A stretch of 64,000 bases of DNA from Lingula anatina (lineage: Eukaryota > Animalia > Brachiopoda): positions 3,906,001-3,970,000 of the forward strand of contig CM120641.1 of the NCBI GenBank assembly GCA_051362555.1, given 5' to 3'. Of the stretch, positions 1 through 13,455 are shown in pieces. The notes below the pieces were generated by a model that worked only from the letters and a program-made list of their open reading frames with translations, made no database searches and was not told where the DNA came from. A program made the translations under genes and the position numbers. The stretch's first letter is position 1, and the number at the start of each line of letters is the position of its first letter.

Positions 1-219
1 TGTACAGACTATTCTAATTAACTCCCGTAAATCTAAACTGTCTGTATCTTTTTCTGAGATATTTTCGGCCCAGCCCTTTTAGTATGGGCAATATGTCTAG
101 AATAACGCGTACGGAAAGTATGTTGAGTATGAATATATAGGATAAGTCACATTGTATTATTACAGGTAGAATGACATTATCAATTCTTTTTGATCCAGGC
201 CTCCGTTGTGGTTTGCTCC

Positions 220-221
<2 letters not shown>

Positions 222-275
<54 letters not shown>
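222..275. repeat. (AT)n microsatellite
   Basis: Uninterrupted alternating AT run; it produces the spurious YIYIYI ORF 190-471. Confidence 0.98.
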
Positions 276-277
<2 letters not shown>

Positions 278-3200
278 CGTTACTTGGATCGCCTTATACA
301 ACACTCAATCCACCTTGTTTCGAATTAATCGCTGATTCCTTCACTTCCAAAAATGACATGAAAGGGTGGTCGTATAGTGTAAAGATTGGGTATTCGAAAA
401 CTTACAAGTTTTATACATATTTTACTTCTTTTACATACACCCAGAGAACATCCAAGAGGGGTCCTCAATAATTTATTTCATCACTCTGGATAATGAACTG
501 GGCCTTACTCCGCCCAACTGAAGGTAGTTAACTGGCGAGGATGAACTTGTTTTCGCACAAATATTTCCGGCGCACAAGAGTTTGAGCCAACGTAAACACG
601 CCACACCCTTGATATATGTGTCTTCTCAGAGGAACGGAGGATTATATACAGAACAAGTTAAGAACCATTTCCTAACACATGAAATCAACCTGTATATTCC
701 TGTAAAATCATTCACAGTTTGCAAATGTTTCAAATCCTTTAACAAAAGTAAAATGTTCGTTTGCTGGATAAATGTAGAAAGAGAATATCACGCAAAACGT
801 AACAGACATACAATAAATTTTTTGCTTACCTTTTGGATGTAAAGTGGTAACCCAAACTCCACTCCCCCTTGCATCCGGAATCCCCAGGGGTGGTGGGTCT
901 GTTTGCGGCGGAGACGGACCTCTGAAACTCCCGGTGGGTACTGTACATGTGACATGGCGACTAAAAAACCACTTTCTTCTGGTTACGAATACCAAATTGA
1001 AAATACTTTGTTCCTAGATGTTCAGTAGAGTTATTTGAATCCTCCTAGCTTGAAGAGCCGGAGACGGAGAGGAATTTAACAATCTTCTCAAAGTTGATGC
1101 CCTCTGAAATGTAGGCTATGCACCTCTTGGTTCTCAGCACAAAGACGAAGACTCCGTATTAAATGCCGGGAGAGATCAGGCACCTTTACCTGGATTAAAG
1201 ATAATTTAAAAGCTGCGATCACCCGTCTTTTCCTATTTCAGCTCAGGTCAGCTAAAGTAACATTTAACAGCGGAGTGAAACAAAAATTTACGAAAGTGAC
1301 GAAGGTACTTGGAGCAGAAAGAACATGTGTTGGTCGAAACTTAAATGCCAACTTTTGTAAATGTTTACTATATGTGATTAAAAGCAGCAATGACATATAA
1401 TTGAGTTGGAGGCCGCAAAATGCACCAACCACAGTAAACCAGTAAGTAACGCTTCATATCCGACCTGAATAAAACGGCTATACTTCAAATATCACAAGTA
1501 AACAACCGAAATCAGTTTTGCCAATTATTTTCATTTACGTCTTGTGTATTATTTTATGTATTTCGTTTGTTATCAGGTATTTTTCCATTAATTGTTAGAA
1601 ACAAGATAAATTGAGTAAGTCAGAAGGTGATAGAAAACAGAATATGGCTCTACCTGTACAAGTCCGCTTCTATCCACAGCTTCTCTCCGAAGACTTCTTA
1701 TTAGTTTCCGAAAATTAAATCAGATCGGCGCATGGGTGGAAAGTCTTTTGGCAAAGAGTTTGAAAATGTTAGCTATCGCAAGCAGGTGAACGGAGAAGAG
1801 GAACTGTTATTAGTCACTTGGAATGAGTTAGACCTCGTTATCCCGCTGATGAATGTTCGGGAAAAATAAATTAACCACCGGGAAGGATTCAGGAGAATTT
1901 TCTAGTGATTTTCTAGCTTGTTTTTTGTGACTAGTATGGTCAAGGAACTTTGCAAAACAGATTCTAAAGAGCCCCATTCGGTAAACTTAGATTTTGTTTA
2001 TTATATTATTTTATCTATTACTGGTTTATAAAGGTATAACAATAGGATAGGGCATTTCACCTGAATTTTCCATAGCGTGGTATTAGTAGACATGAGCTCC
2101 AATACCTTTTTGTGTAGGGGATAACATAAAAACTGGCATTTATATACTCATTGAAATATATATCGATTTTTTTTAAAATCTGCAACGCAGTACTATAGGT
2201 CGTAGAATTATCTCCTAACATTTTGCAAGCCGAGGCCAAGTTTCGCCGCAGGTTCTACATGTATGGGGTCCATTCTTTAGTTTGTTTTAATGGAATCATC
2301 CGAATTAGCCCAAAGTCTCGAGACTTCTACCGAGATTTCGCGGGATTTTGGAGGAGAGTAGTGTCAGAAATATGAATGACAGACAGCGAGTGCGTTGACG
2401 AATAAAAGCTGACGGAACTTATCCATGGATATATTTCTGGGTTGTTTACTCATAAGTTGTGTCAAATTACAGTCTACTGCACAACAGTACAAACCGTCAA
2501 GTCTGGATGTCACTTTTGTATTGCTTTCTAAAGAGGCATACCCGGCACATAGAATTCCACCCTTATCTCTAAAATCAAAAAAGCTTACCCCACCAAACAT
2601 TTTCTTATTTCCTATAACGTCACGCATTGCTTAAGGTCTCTCGTTTTAGATTGACATAGTTGCAATAGTGCGGGGCACAATCCAAAACATAACCCAGCGA
2701 TTAAAACATTTTAAAACATCAGGTATACAATCTACAATTATATTATGTAATCCAAAGGTATCTTTAGCAGTAAACTTATTTGCAACGTTTCGTCATTACA
2801 GGATATAGTTGAATGCACACAACAGGGTCGATGTTCGTATGGAGTTGGCAGATATACCTGTACTGGTCTGTCACAGACAGAGACGACATTTTTTTATCAT
2901 ATTTATTATATTATATTATTTATTGAGGGTTAAAATAACAACAACAACAACAACAACAAAGCAATCGGACTGAACAATTCACCCGAGTTGCCCTTACCGA
3001 AATTTACACGACTACATCGCTTACTGAAACAAACGATCTGCGATGTATATATATCATAGCTATCGAGGCCATTTAATCTTAGAATAAATTTGAGAAAATT
3101 GGTCTCATATATAACCATTGGAATATTCTTGTCATCATTACATTGAATTGATTATATTTTAACCTCACAAAGCATTGCAGGGACAGGATAAAAGAAAAAT

Positions 3201-3604
3201 AGTGACCTCGAAGTGAGACCAGATATTTATTTTTTTGAAAATAGTTGTGGTTTTTACTTAAAGGGGCGTTTTTAAATTGGTACAGTTATTCAAATCAACA
3301 AATTTGGTTTATCATTTTTAATTTTTATCTGAAAAAATGTAGTGCTTGGTCTTATCATGAAAGTACACTATACAAATGACACTGCAAAACGAATAAAATT
3401 GCCTCCCAAAAACGGACTTGGGGGATATTACTTTCATCTTTTCGCTTGACTAATGAATACATTAGGCCTTTAGTATGGGCGATCATGGTTTCGTGGTTTC
3501 AAAATGACGCAAATTTATCTGAATTGTCGGACACAGATTACCAACATATCATTTTTAACATATCATCTCCGTTCCCTCTCGCTGGGAAATGTTCTCGTCG
3601 AGCC

Positions 3605-3612
3605 TATATAAG
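3605..3612 (+). promoter_or_regulatory. Candidate TATA box of the chitinase gene
   Basis: TATATAAG about 90 nt upstream of the inferred ATG (3698); an Inr-like TCAGTT lies at 3649-3654. Confidence 0.45.
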
Positions 3613-3697
3613 TCGGCTCCTCGGTACGGTTGGAAACTATTGCCCACTTCAGTTTAATGCTATTTAAAAAGTTCCAAAACAAAACAGAAGATAAAAG

Positions 3698-6600
3698 ATG
3701 AAGATTGGTGTACGGGAGGTGAGTTTTTAAAGTTTTTTTAAACGCCTGGGTAGTAAAACTTAAACGTGTAAATAATGTTATTTTGTTCCCGTTAGAATAT
3801 ATAATGCAATAAAGAAAGAAAGACAGAAAAAAAGTTTTTCCCGCTATAAGACACATTAGATAGAAATATGAATACGTCTAAAAATTCGATTCGTATTTGA
3901 AAGAAATTGAATTTTGATCCTCAGCTGTCATTTTTGAACTGTTTGAGAAATCTGCTTACGTTAAGCTCATTATTATTTCACCAGGTTTGCTTGTTCTTGC
4001 TGATCATAATATGCTCATGGGATCTAGTCAATGCAGGTAAAACTACCCCTTAATTATGATTAATTTGCAAACTATTATTTCGCAAACTTTATTTTCAAAT
4101 TATGTCGTCAAATTTTACTTTTCCTTTGGAAAGTTGACCTCTCAGTAAAAATAAGTAAATAAAAGGAAGATACGTGAAAAAGAAGTAGGAGCGGTTCAAA
4201 TCCCCGACGTCTTGAGAGATTAAGATGCCTAGATGAAACCCTGCAATACCGTTGCAAATGTGAAGAATAGAAACCGTTTCCATAAGAACATTTTCAATTT
4301 AAATTCATAGATATATAAGCGTAATTATGGCCATACACTCGTCGTCAAATATGACGATTTTGTTTTTCACGGTCAGCTCCAAAAAAGATCGTCTGCTACT
4401 ACACCAACTGGGCCCAGTATCGTACAGGCATTGGCCGGTACACTCCGGATGACATTCAGCCCGGTCTGTGTACACACATCATCTTTGCCTTCGCCAAGGT
4501 GGCCCAGGACCCGGAGACCAAAGAGTATACTCAACTCCTTAACTTTGAGTGGAACGACCTGGGTAAGTAAATCTTCCAATTAATGCTATTGCTTCCATAA
4601 AGGAGATAGGGCCTACGTTTAACGAGAATCATCATCACAAAAAAATTACATGAAAATAAATATAGCTGATTCATACAACTGGTTTCTATACATAAGCTTG
4701 ACAATAACAAGGTTGAGTTTCCAAATCTCTATTTCTAGCATTTTTTATATCAAACCAGTTCAAGTGAATTTAAACTGCTTGGTGTTGTTCGAAATACTCT
4801 TTTTTTTTAATCAAGTTATGCTAATTTTTCCTGTTTGTCGTAGCCATGTACAAGAGGGTGACAGCTCTTAAGTCCCCCGGGGTCAAAGTTCTCCTTGCCG
4901 TAGGGGGGTGGACCCACGGAGTGTGGTTATTTAATCAAATGGCAAGCAAGAAATCAACCAGAAAAACATTTATCAAAAACGCAATCGCTTTTCTCCGTAA
5001 GCACAATTTTGATGGTCTCGATTACGACTGGGAGTATCCGAAAGGTGACTCGAAAGAGAAATTTGCGGCGTTAGTTCAGGTAAAAATTATGTTATGGGTA
5101 ACTTAGAGAAAAAAGATTAAAGTAAAATCTGGTTTCAAAATGTATTGGCCGGTAAACGCTCTGACAATATAGTTTAAGGTTGATGGATATCGATTAACGG
5201 TGAATTTAAGTGAAAAAGCTTATTTGAGATATATGTAACATGGATAAAAATAATTATGTTGATATCTTGTTACTGCGTAATGCATGGAAAAAACGGACAA
5301 CAAATATAGTAAGTGACAGTTCTGAGAAAACCGTAGAAATATAAGTCGTTTTCATCCAATTTGTCGAAATACCAAGATGATTTTTTCTGCAGGAAACTCG
5401 CAAGTTCTTCGAAGAGGAAGGCCAAGACCAGAATAAAGAGCGACTTTTAGTCAGCGCTGCCATGGCGCCATTGTTGGATGTAATAGATGACGGATACGAT
5501 ATACCACTTTTGGCAGAGTAAGAATCCCCCCTTTTTTATTTTGCAATTGTTATTAAAAAAAAGTATGATCCAATAACGATTCAATGATGCAAAAAAATAT
5601 GAAAATGGAAAAATGTAATCACGCCCGAACAGGGACTCGAACCCTGGACCCTCAGATAACTTGATCATCCGTAAAAGTCTGATGCTCTACCGACTGAGCT
5701 ATCCGGGCGACATGCAGGGTATTGGGTTAAAGGTTTGATATAAATAAAACTACTGCCGGCCTCCTTTTAAAAGGGTTTAACTTTAATTTCGGTCATTATA
5801 AACATAATAATTTATAAGATTTTTTTGTCCATTGAGCTCAAGCCTTTTATCAACTAATTAGACGCACACAAAAGCCTAAATTTCGATTTTACACTGTGTG
5901 TACGAGATCTCGTTAAAGAAACGTGACTTACACCCGGATTATCGTTCTCTTAGTTTCCACATGATAATAAAGATAACGTTTCATTCATTATTCAATAATA
6001 TTATAATGTATTACGCCATGTTCATTCATGACTTGACACGGTTCCTCTCAACTCGTGCATTGATATCTGTTTGATATTTTGTGACACACTGAAATAAGTT
6101 GTCATAACGGGCACCTTGTGCAGATCTGTAGGCCTACGTAGGCCCTACATGTAGTACGTAGGCAACATGTACAGTGTAGGCCTATTGCAGGTAGGCCTAC
6201 TGTAGATGAACATTTCGAAAATCTGTCCACCTACGGTGTAGGCCTATATGTATATGCCACAAGGTCCTATATAGGGCCTCCTGGGGTGCCTAGGTCTACT
6301 ACATCTCCTTTGCCTCTTTTTATTTATTTTCATATTGTAGGCCTATGCCTAATTAATTTAGGCTACTGATATTCAACATCTCCTACATCTGCGTAGGATC
6401 ATTTCCATGGCCTACGAATAATAAGATGACAGTTTATTCAGCCTTTGATAGATAAATGAAATTCACATATAACAGAAATTGGATTGTTATTCGGGTAAAG
6501 TGAATAAAGTTAGTATAAGAAAACAATATAGGGCCTAGTTTCTAAGATATAGTTGCTAATTATTATTATTTTTTTTTTGTTATTGAAATGAGCACCAGCA

Positions 6601-8603
6601 GATGGATAGGGCATAAAAACTCTTTAAAAACCTTTTGGGTTTTTTAAAACTTAAAAGTCTACAGTTACTCGGAAAGACAAGAATGTCCGACCACTAGGTA
6701 GGCTAAAATTCAGCCGTAAATCCCGTAAATCATCCTAAAATATACATGTAGGCGATACCTGTAACCTATTCTTCGGGTACTTGAAGGCAAGCAGTAGGCT
6801 ACCGAGGTAGGCCTATGCCAAGCCTTCCTGTGCCTCGAACACAATTGTCATCCATTACATTTAATTAACTAATTCCATTTTTATTTCCATAAGATAACAT
6901 TTTAAACGAAAGTTGAAATGTAGCGAAACACGAAAAACGTTCTTTTTTCTATTTTTTTTTTCTTTTTTGCAATGCTCTTTTCCCAAAAGGAAAGGACAAA
7001 AGGGTGAAGATGCACAATACGCCCATCTTTTCAAATTGTTTTATGGCTTTATTGCAATTGGTTTTGACTTTCTTCTTTTTTTGAACAGGAACCTCGACTT
7101 CATCAATGTCATGGCGTACGACTTGCATAGCCATCGTCATTTGAGCCATCACAGTCCAATGGACAAACAGGTAGGTCTATGCTTCTGGCAGTATCGTAGC
7201 CTAATTAGTGATTATACAACGCCCGTCAGCCTCTTTAAGACACTGATAACTTGTTATTAAAATTCGGCAACTCTGACATAATTCATTTTTATTTTTGATT
7301 TTAAATTTATTTCTGCTAACCACCCCTCCTCTCTCACTCTTTTTACTTGTCTTAGTAGTTAGGCCTACTTTACAATAAAAAAACTTAAAAAATAAACCGC
7401 AGCTTCATTTTGCAGAGAGAAACGATCAAACATCTCCAATCCCTCGGGGCACCTGCAAGCAAGTTGATCCTCGGAATCGCGACATATGGCCGCTCATACA
7501 CTATGTCAGGCAGCAGCCTCCACGGCATGGGGGATGTGGTCACAGGCGCGGGCAAACCAGGCGTCTTCACCAAGCAGGGCGGCATACTGGCCTTTTACGA
7601 GGTAAACTTCGTACATGATTTATTTTTCTGTTCGTTTAAGTGAACTATAGTTTTCCTTTGTTTGATTAAATTTCAGAAAAATTTTACTTTGATTTGATTT
7701 GTAAATACGGTCATTGACAGCTGGCAAAAGCATTATGTGCGTAGACCTGTGCACGGGCACGAGCACTTTTCACAGCCCATTGAAAAACCAAACTGCACTT
7801 TGCCTACTGGTATACGTCTTATCATTAAATACATACTTCCATATAAGGTTTGTACCTATCGTAAAGACAGTGACTGGCAAGAGGAGGTCCATCCCACGCA
7901 GCAGGTGCCCTATGGTTGGCTTGGGTACCAATGGGTGGGGTTTGATGACGTCACAAGTGTGGGAGGAAAGGTAAGAGTTACCTGATAGGGCCTAAATCAC
8001 GGCAGTGATTATTGTACGTGGTGATGTAAGTTTCCATTAATCTGTAACTATGATAACTTGTATCACTCAATCAAAATATGTTTTTGTTTGTTTAAAAGGT
8101 CATTGTTTTAGCATGTTAGTGGTGACTTCCATGTCATCATCAAATTACAAGTATTTTCATATACTGAAACGGATACCAAACTGGCAAGGTTTGGCTTCTT
8201 TTTGTTAACACCATTGATTTAATTCCCACAAGCTTATGGGACTTCTCTTAAGAGCTTTTTGTAATTGCTTTATGTTTATACCCTAACCTGTAATTTTATT
8301 AATCTTTTAATGACTCAGTAAATTAATGAATGAATTTATAAATCAAATCATATTCTACTAAAAGTTACATTTGTCTTTAAAAAAAAAACAAAAAACAGAA
8401 ACGTAAAGTAGTGTTTCGTCTTGTTCCAGGCAAATTATATATGCACAGAGCAGCTTGGCGGGGTCATGATTTGGACACTGGACTTCGACGACTTTACTGG
8501 GGGATCTTGTGGTGAGGGAAAGTACCCTCTGGTTCGCGCGGCCAAGGATGTCCTCAGTAAGCCAAGCTGCTCTGAAGAGACCGAGGACGGCGAAAAATTG
8601 TGA
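3698..8603 (+). CDS. Secreted glycoside hydrolase family 18 chitinase (chitotriosidase/AMCase-like catalytic domain, no chitin-binding domain), 9 exons, 394 aa
   Basis: Exons 3698-3718, 3985-4036, 4377-4562, 4844-5079, 5393-5517, 7089-7170, 7416-7601, 7848-7970, 8430-8603; all GT-AG with compatible phases (1185 nt). Signal peptide MKIGVREVCLFLLIIICSWDLVNA, then GH18 motifs KIVCYYTNWAQYR, CTHIIFAFA, KVLLAVGGW, FDGLDYDWEYP (intact DxDxE), LDFINVMAYDLH, KLILGIATYGR, WVGFDD, LGGVMIWTLDFDDF. The first exon is the least certain. Confidence 0.93.
5622..5708 (-). tRNA. tRNA-Lys(UUU) with 14-nt intron (5658-5671), antisense inside chitinase intron 5
   Basis: Minus strand reads GCCCGGATAGCTCAGTCGGTAGAGCATCAGACTTTTA[CGGATGATCAAGTT]ATCTGAGGGTCCAGGGTTCGAGTCCCTGTTCGGGCG. 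This gives a 73-nt mature tRNA with intact A/B boxes, intron after position 37 and T-runs just downstream. Confidence 0.95.
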
Positions 8604-10427
8604 TGTAACGTTTTGAAAAGTTGCACAAAACCATGAGTGAGACTAAAAAGGCGCTATGTAAAACTTGGAAAAACATAAGAAAAAGACAGAGAAGTGTTGA
8701 ACGCCATATCTGAATCGTTACTATTACTCGACATTGATTTAGATTGTAATTATCTCTCGATATGAATTTAAAAAGCGCGGTCACATACCACAGCTTTAAC
8801 GTTGGAAAAAAGGAAAGAAAAGAATTGTGTTTGGTGAGAGGCACAGCCAGATAAATACAACCACCCCGTACTAGCGTAGTTTCTTGCGCCCTAGCTGGTT
8901 TCAACGATGCGTTTTCTAAATAAGAAATCTTCAGTCTTTTTACGCGTGCAAAAGTAAAAATTTCAAGATTTGCGAAAAGTAAACAAAAGTTTTCTTAAAT
9001 TGAAACATGTAATTATGATGTTTCATGCCTCTGTTTTTAATGTGCAATTTTTATGTGAAGTTAAACAAAAATTAAATTATCATTACCTTTTTTTATGTCT
9101 TCATGCGCCTTAGAAAGATGTGAACTGAGTTTTCACTAGATATTAATAAATATGTCTCTGTCTAATTCTATGCACTTTTCTTAATTATGTCCGGCGAGAA
9201 TTTTTGCACAGAAGGACGTCATCACTCAAAAGAAAGATATTTTATTGATTTTATCAGTTTAAAATAAAGTTCATTATTCTATTCTTTTTTCTAATAAGGA
9301 AAACGCGTGAAGGTATATCTGCCTTCGTACGGGCGCCCACCAGACCGGTTTGCTAAAAGTAATTGGTTCAATACATTTCCAAATTATGCTTTTTGTTGCC
9401 AAAGTTTATCGAAGCGTGTTTTGAAAATGTTTTCTCAAAAGATAAAGAAAGGCTGTCTTGTTTACGCCGTTAAAAACATATGCTATCTTTCAGTTGAGTT
9501 TGCCGTACAAATTAGTGGCACGCTGTATCATTGATCGCGTTTGGAAGCTTGGAAACACAAACAGTCCTAGGTTAACAATGTTGTCATTGTCCTCCGCTTA
9601 AATCAGCAAACCGATTGAAAACCAAAACGAAATGGGCGCTTTTGTTATACACTTGGTTGAACTGAACTAAACCTTAAGCATTGAACAATATCAGTTTGGA
9701 ATCTGAGAAGAAAAGGGAACACAGATTGTAACTTTATCGCACCAACAGAGACGCAGCAAGAGTGACACATGGCGTTAAGGTAGGCCACCGTCGCGAGCAG
9801 GTAATACCTGCACTGAATGGATTATCATCACTCGTTTTACAACAGATTTATATTCTCCGAAGGTGTTAGATACCATAGTCTCCATAGCGCACATTAGGCC
9901 TATCGTAATTCGTTATCCTTCGAATCCTTTACAGCCACCGTTTGATGTAGTCTGACCGGGAGACACTTATTTTTAAATGAAGGTATGGCCAAAATCTTTT
10001 CACTTTTTTTGAAAATCCTATGAATCTATAGATAACTCCTTTAAAACATCCACTTCAAAATTCTTGAGTGCCAACCTAGCGACCTATGCAATTTGATCTG
10101 TCCTTGGTGTGTTTGTCAATGTATTAGCCCCCAAACGAAACTGATGGCACTGTGGATTATTGCGTTTGTTTTGGCCGTGTATTAGCTTGGTAACTATTTA
10201 ACATGCCACTGGTAGAAATAGGTGCTGTCTTTCTGTAGAGCTTATTAATGCTTTATTCATGGTTAGACAGAAACTGGGGTGGTAACTAGGGGGTTTGTCT
10301 ATTAAAGCTGGTATTACTGCCAGCTTCATTATCATAAGGTGAACGAGAGCAGTGGGACGGATGGTTTTAACGGGAAGATCACAATTTGAAGGTACTTATA
10401 GTTATCCTTCTCGTGACACGAGTCTTA

Positions 10428-10734
10428 AGGCTCTGCCGCACACCTAGCGTAAAGAAACATAGGAGTATCCTAAGTGACATCCAACTTTGATCGTATGAAA
10501 TCACCGCTTCCATCATATTAAAAAGGATATGTAATTAGCTAGTCTAAGCGTAAAAAGTTGTTTTTGAACATGCTCAAAACATTTTATCTCCCTCTGGTTT
10601 TATATCCACCAACGTTTGCCTGCGTACTCAGGACGTATACGGCGTAAGTCTATCGAACCTCTCACTTTTGTCTGCTTATAGTATGGGTGATTTTTCTCAT
10701 ACGTAAGAGCTATATGCTAGGTGTGACAGTACCT
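10428..10734. mobile_element. MITE with imperfect TIRs and TTA target duplication (PIF/Harbinger-like)
   Basis: Left end AGGCTCTGCCGCACACCTAGCGTA versus reverse complement of right end AGGTACTGTCACACCTAGCATA; TTA on both sides (10425-10427, 10735-10737). No empty site is available in this window. Confidence 0.6.
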
Positions 10735-11794
10735 TTACAGGGGGTTTACATAACGACAGGCGAAGGAACAGAAGAAGAGGGTAGCTATTCTCTGCCGACT
10801 GCAGCCCTAGGACTTTAAAGTGGACCCATTTAGACTTTTTTAAAAATGGTGTCTGCAACTGTGCTTTTTGAGAGTAAAAGTTTTAAGGAATGATATCATT
10901 TACTTCAAAAGGATATACTTTGTTTTTAATTTCAAGTTTATCCAATGCATTCAGGTCTGACACATAGAAACCAAAATGAAGTACAGACATGTATTTCATA
11001 TCTGCTGTAAGCCCTTTATACGCTTTGTAGTAATAATAATAACAGCGATGATAATTAGAATAATATTAATATTTTATTATTATCATAATTTTTATATAGC
11101 ACATTCCATTTTCACTTAATTCAATGCACTTTACAATTAAGATATAAAAAATCCTCAAAGCTTATAGGAATAAAATACAGACTTAATATAAAAAAGAATA
11201 ATAAATTCTAGCCTACAGGCTGGTTATGGTGAAAAGGGTACGACTACTGCTTGATTTATATATTGGTGGGCTGTGAGTACCACATGCATTGTATGTACAG
11301 AAAATGCTCCAGAAGAAAATCGTTGCAGTGAAATCTCATTTTGCTTTCATTGTTGACATACGCTAAATGGCGGGGATTAATATTGATTAAATAGCAATTT
11401 TTCATTAGAAGTATGGCATTTAATATGGCCTAAAGTTGTAAAGGACGTGCTTTAGATACAAAACATATGAATGATTAATTTGGTTTCCTTGCGTACAAGC
11501 AGGGGTATTAACTCCTCATTCCAGACAGAGTGTAATGAAAAGCTCTTCAATAAAACTTCACGACTTATTTTACCTTAATCGGGTTATTGAGATAAGAATG
11601 TCTTGAATACTCTATCACAGTATTTTTTGTATTTTATGGACTTCTTTAATGTCTCTCCTGTAAAAAAATTATATAGAAATGCCACTCAAAACAATGCAAT
11701 AATGCATTAATCTATATTTTTTATTTGCAGATAGCCTTATGACCTCTCACTTGGAAAATCCAGGCGCCAAAACAAGCCTTATGATGTGAGGGCC

Positions 11795-11818
11795 AAAAAA
11801 AAAAAAAAAAAAAAAAAA
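11795..11818 (+). repeat. A24 homopolymer in the inferred 5' UTR of the RING gene
   Basis: Lies between a strong acceptor (ttttttatttgcag, ends 11730) and ATG 11830. Confidence 0.85.
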
Positions 11819-11829
11819 GACATCCAAAA

Positions 11830-13417
11830 ATGGGACTAGACAAAGCATTATTTCACGAAAATGTCCCAGGGGACCTCATTTGCGGTATTTGTCGGCAGGT
11901 TTTTGACGACCCAGTGTCTAATGTATGTCCACACGTTTTTTGTTTGAAATGTATTTCCCAACGTCTGCGCCATAATTCGTCTCGCGTCTGTCCAGTGTGC
12001 CATAAGCGCTTAAAGGCTGCTCCAGCATCGCCGCCGAAAGAATTAGTTGACAGAATTCTTACTATGAAAATTAACTGCACGAGCAAATGTGGAGAAGTGT
12101 TTGAGTTACGCGAGCTTAAAGGCCATTTGAATTCCATTTGTCTAAATGCCTTGGTTGATTGTGACTATGAGGAGAAAGGATGTAAAGAAAAAATGTTACG
12201 TAAAAATCTCCCGGAACACCTGAAACAATGTCTTTATAGAAAAACGACCTGCGAAGCCTGTGGTTATAAGTGCCTGGTCAAGGATTTGGCAACACATCAA
12301 CATAAGAAGAAATGCTTGCAGATTAAACTGAAACAGGACATAATTTCTAGCGTTCGGAATGCGAACAAAGAAATAAAACATCACTGTAAATCACTACGAG
12401 ACGCCCGTTATCATTTAAAGCAAGAGGAGCGCAAGGAGAGACAAGCGCGGCGACAATCTCGATTGAATTCTGCCGCTTCCTACAGATCAGCAACAGGTTC
12501 TCTCATGAGCAGCCGTAAAAACTACGCAAACGGTAGGGGAAATTACGACGACGTTACGTCCTCGACATCAAGAGTGACCAGTGGCTATAGCGTGCGCTCA
12601 TACGCCAGCTCTAAACCTCCACTTCTTGGTCCTAGGGGGTCCATCTCCGGAGGGTCAAAGTTTTTGCCTGCTGGCACAGGTGATACAAGCGTAGTGGACG
12701 TAGAAAGGGGCGCGGCCCGTCAAATGACGCCACGCGCACCTCACCCTTCCCGAAATGAAGACTTGTCCCCTAGAGAAAGGCTGTGGTGTCTACGGTGCGA
12801 CAAGCCGTTCTTAATGAAGAGCAACCATAGTTCGGCCTGTTCTTTTCACAGAGGGGTAAGTTAACACGAAAATTTACCGCGAATAATTTTTATTACGACT
12901 TAATGTTTCACCTATAAGAATCTCATTGTCATACTGTTATTTCCAACCAAACTCCTCATTGTGTATATAAATTATTTTAAGAGTTGTAAAACCCGATTAA
13001 AAGTCAGTCGTTCATCAAGGTAAAATTAATTCATGAGGCAGCTGTTTTCGAACTTTCTTCAATGATATCTGATGTGGAAATTTTGACCTTTTATTTCATT
13101 TTCCAATTCCTTTGATTCTACCGAACAGCCGGTAAGTACTCCTTATTCCAAATGAATTTTGTAATTTTTAATCGTAGAAGATTGCGAGATTGTTATCAGC
13201 ATATCCTCGTGACTCGATTATAACTTTATCTTTTAAAATGTTAGAACTGCCATATGAAAATACTGGTAACGGGATGGGATTTGGCAAAAATTCTGTAATC
13301 AGATTGTCTGTCCACATGTATTGAATTAATTTGCAAAATGAACAGTGCCGCGAGCCGGGATTGAACCAGCGACCTTCAGATAACTGGTGATATCTTATCT
13401 TATGCTACATAAGCCGA

Positions 13418-13455
<38 letters not shown>

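Noticed and set aside
190-471. ORF with YIYIYI run
   Set aside because: Translation of the (AT)n microsatellite.
2425-2634. ORF MDIFLGCLLISC as the chitinase first exon
   Set aside because: A closer exon (3698-3718) has a TATA-like box, a GTGAGT donor and the correct phase.
9700-9982. Possible non-coding upstream exons of the RING gene (donors near 9800 and 9982)
   Set aside because: Plausible splice signals, but no frame or paralogue evidence to support them.
13008-13019. Possible additional 12-nt micro-exon (cag|tcgttcatcaag|gtaaaa)
   Set aside because: No pyrimidine tract, several nearby AGs and a weak donor.
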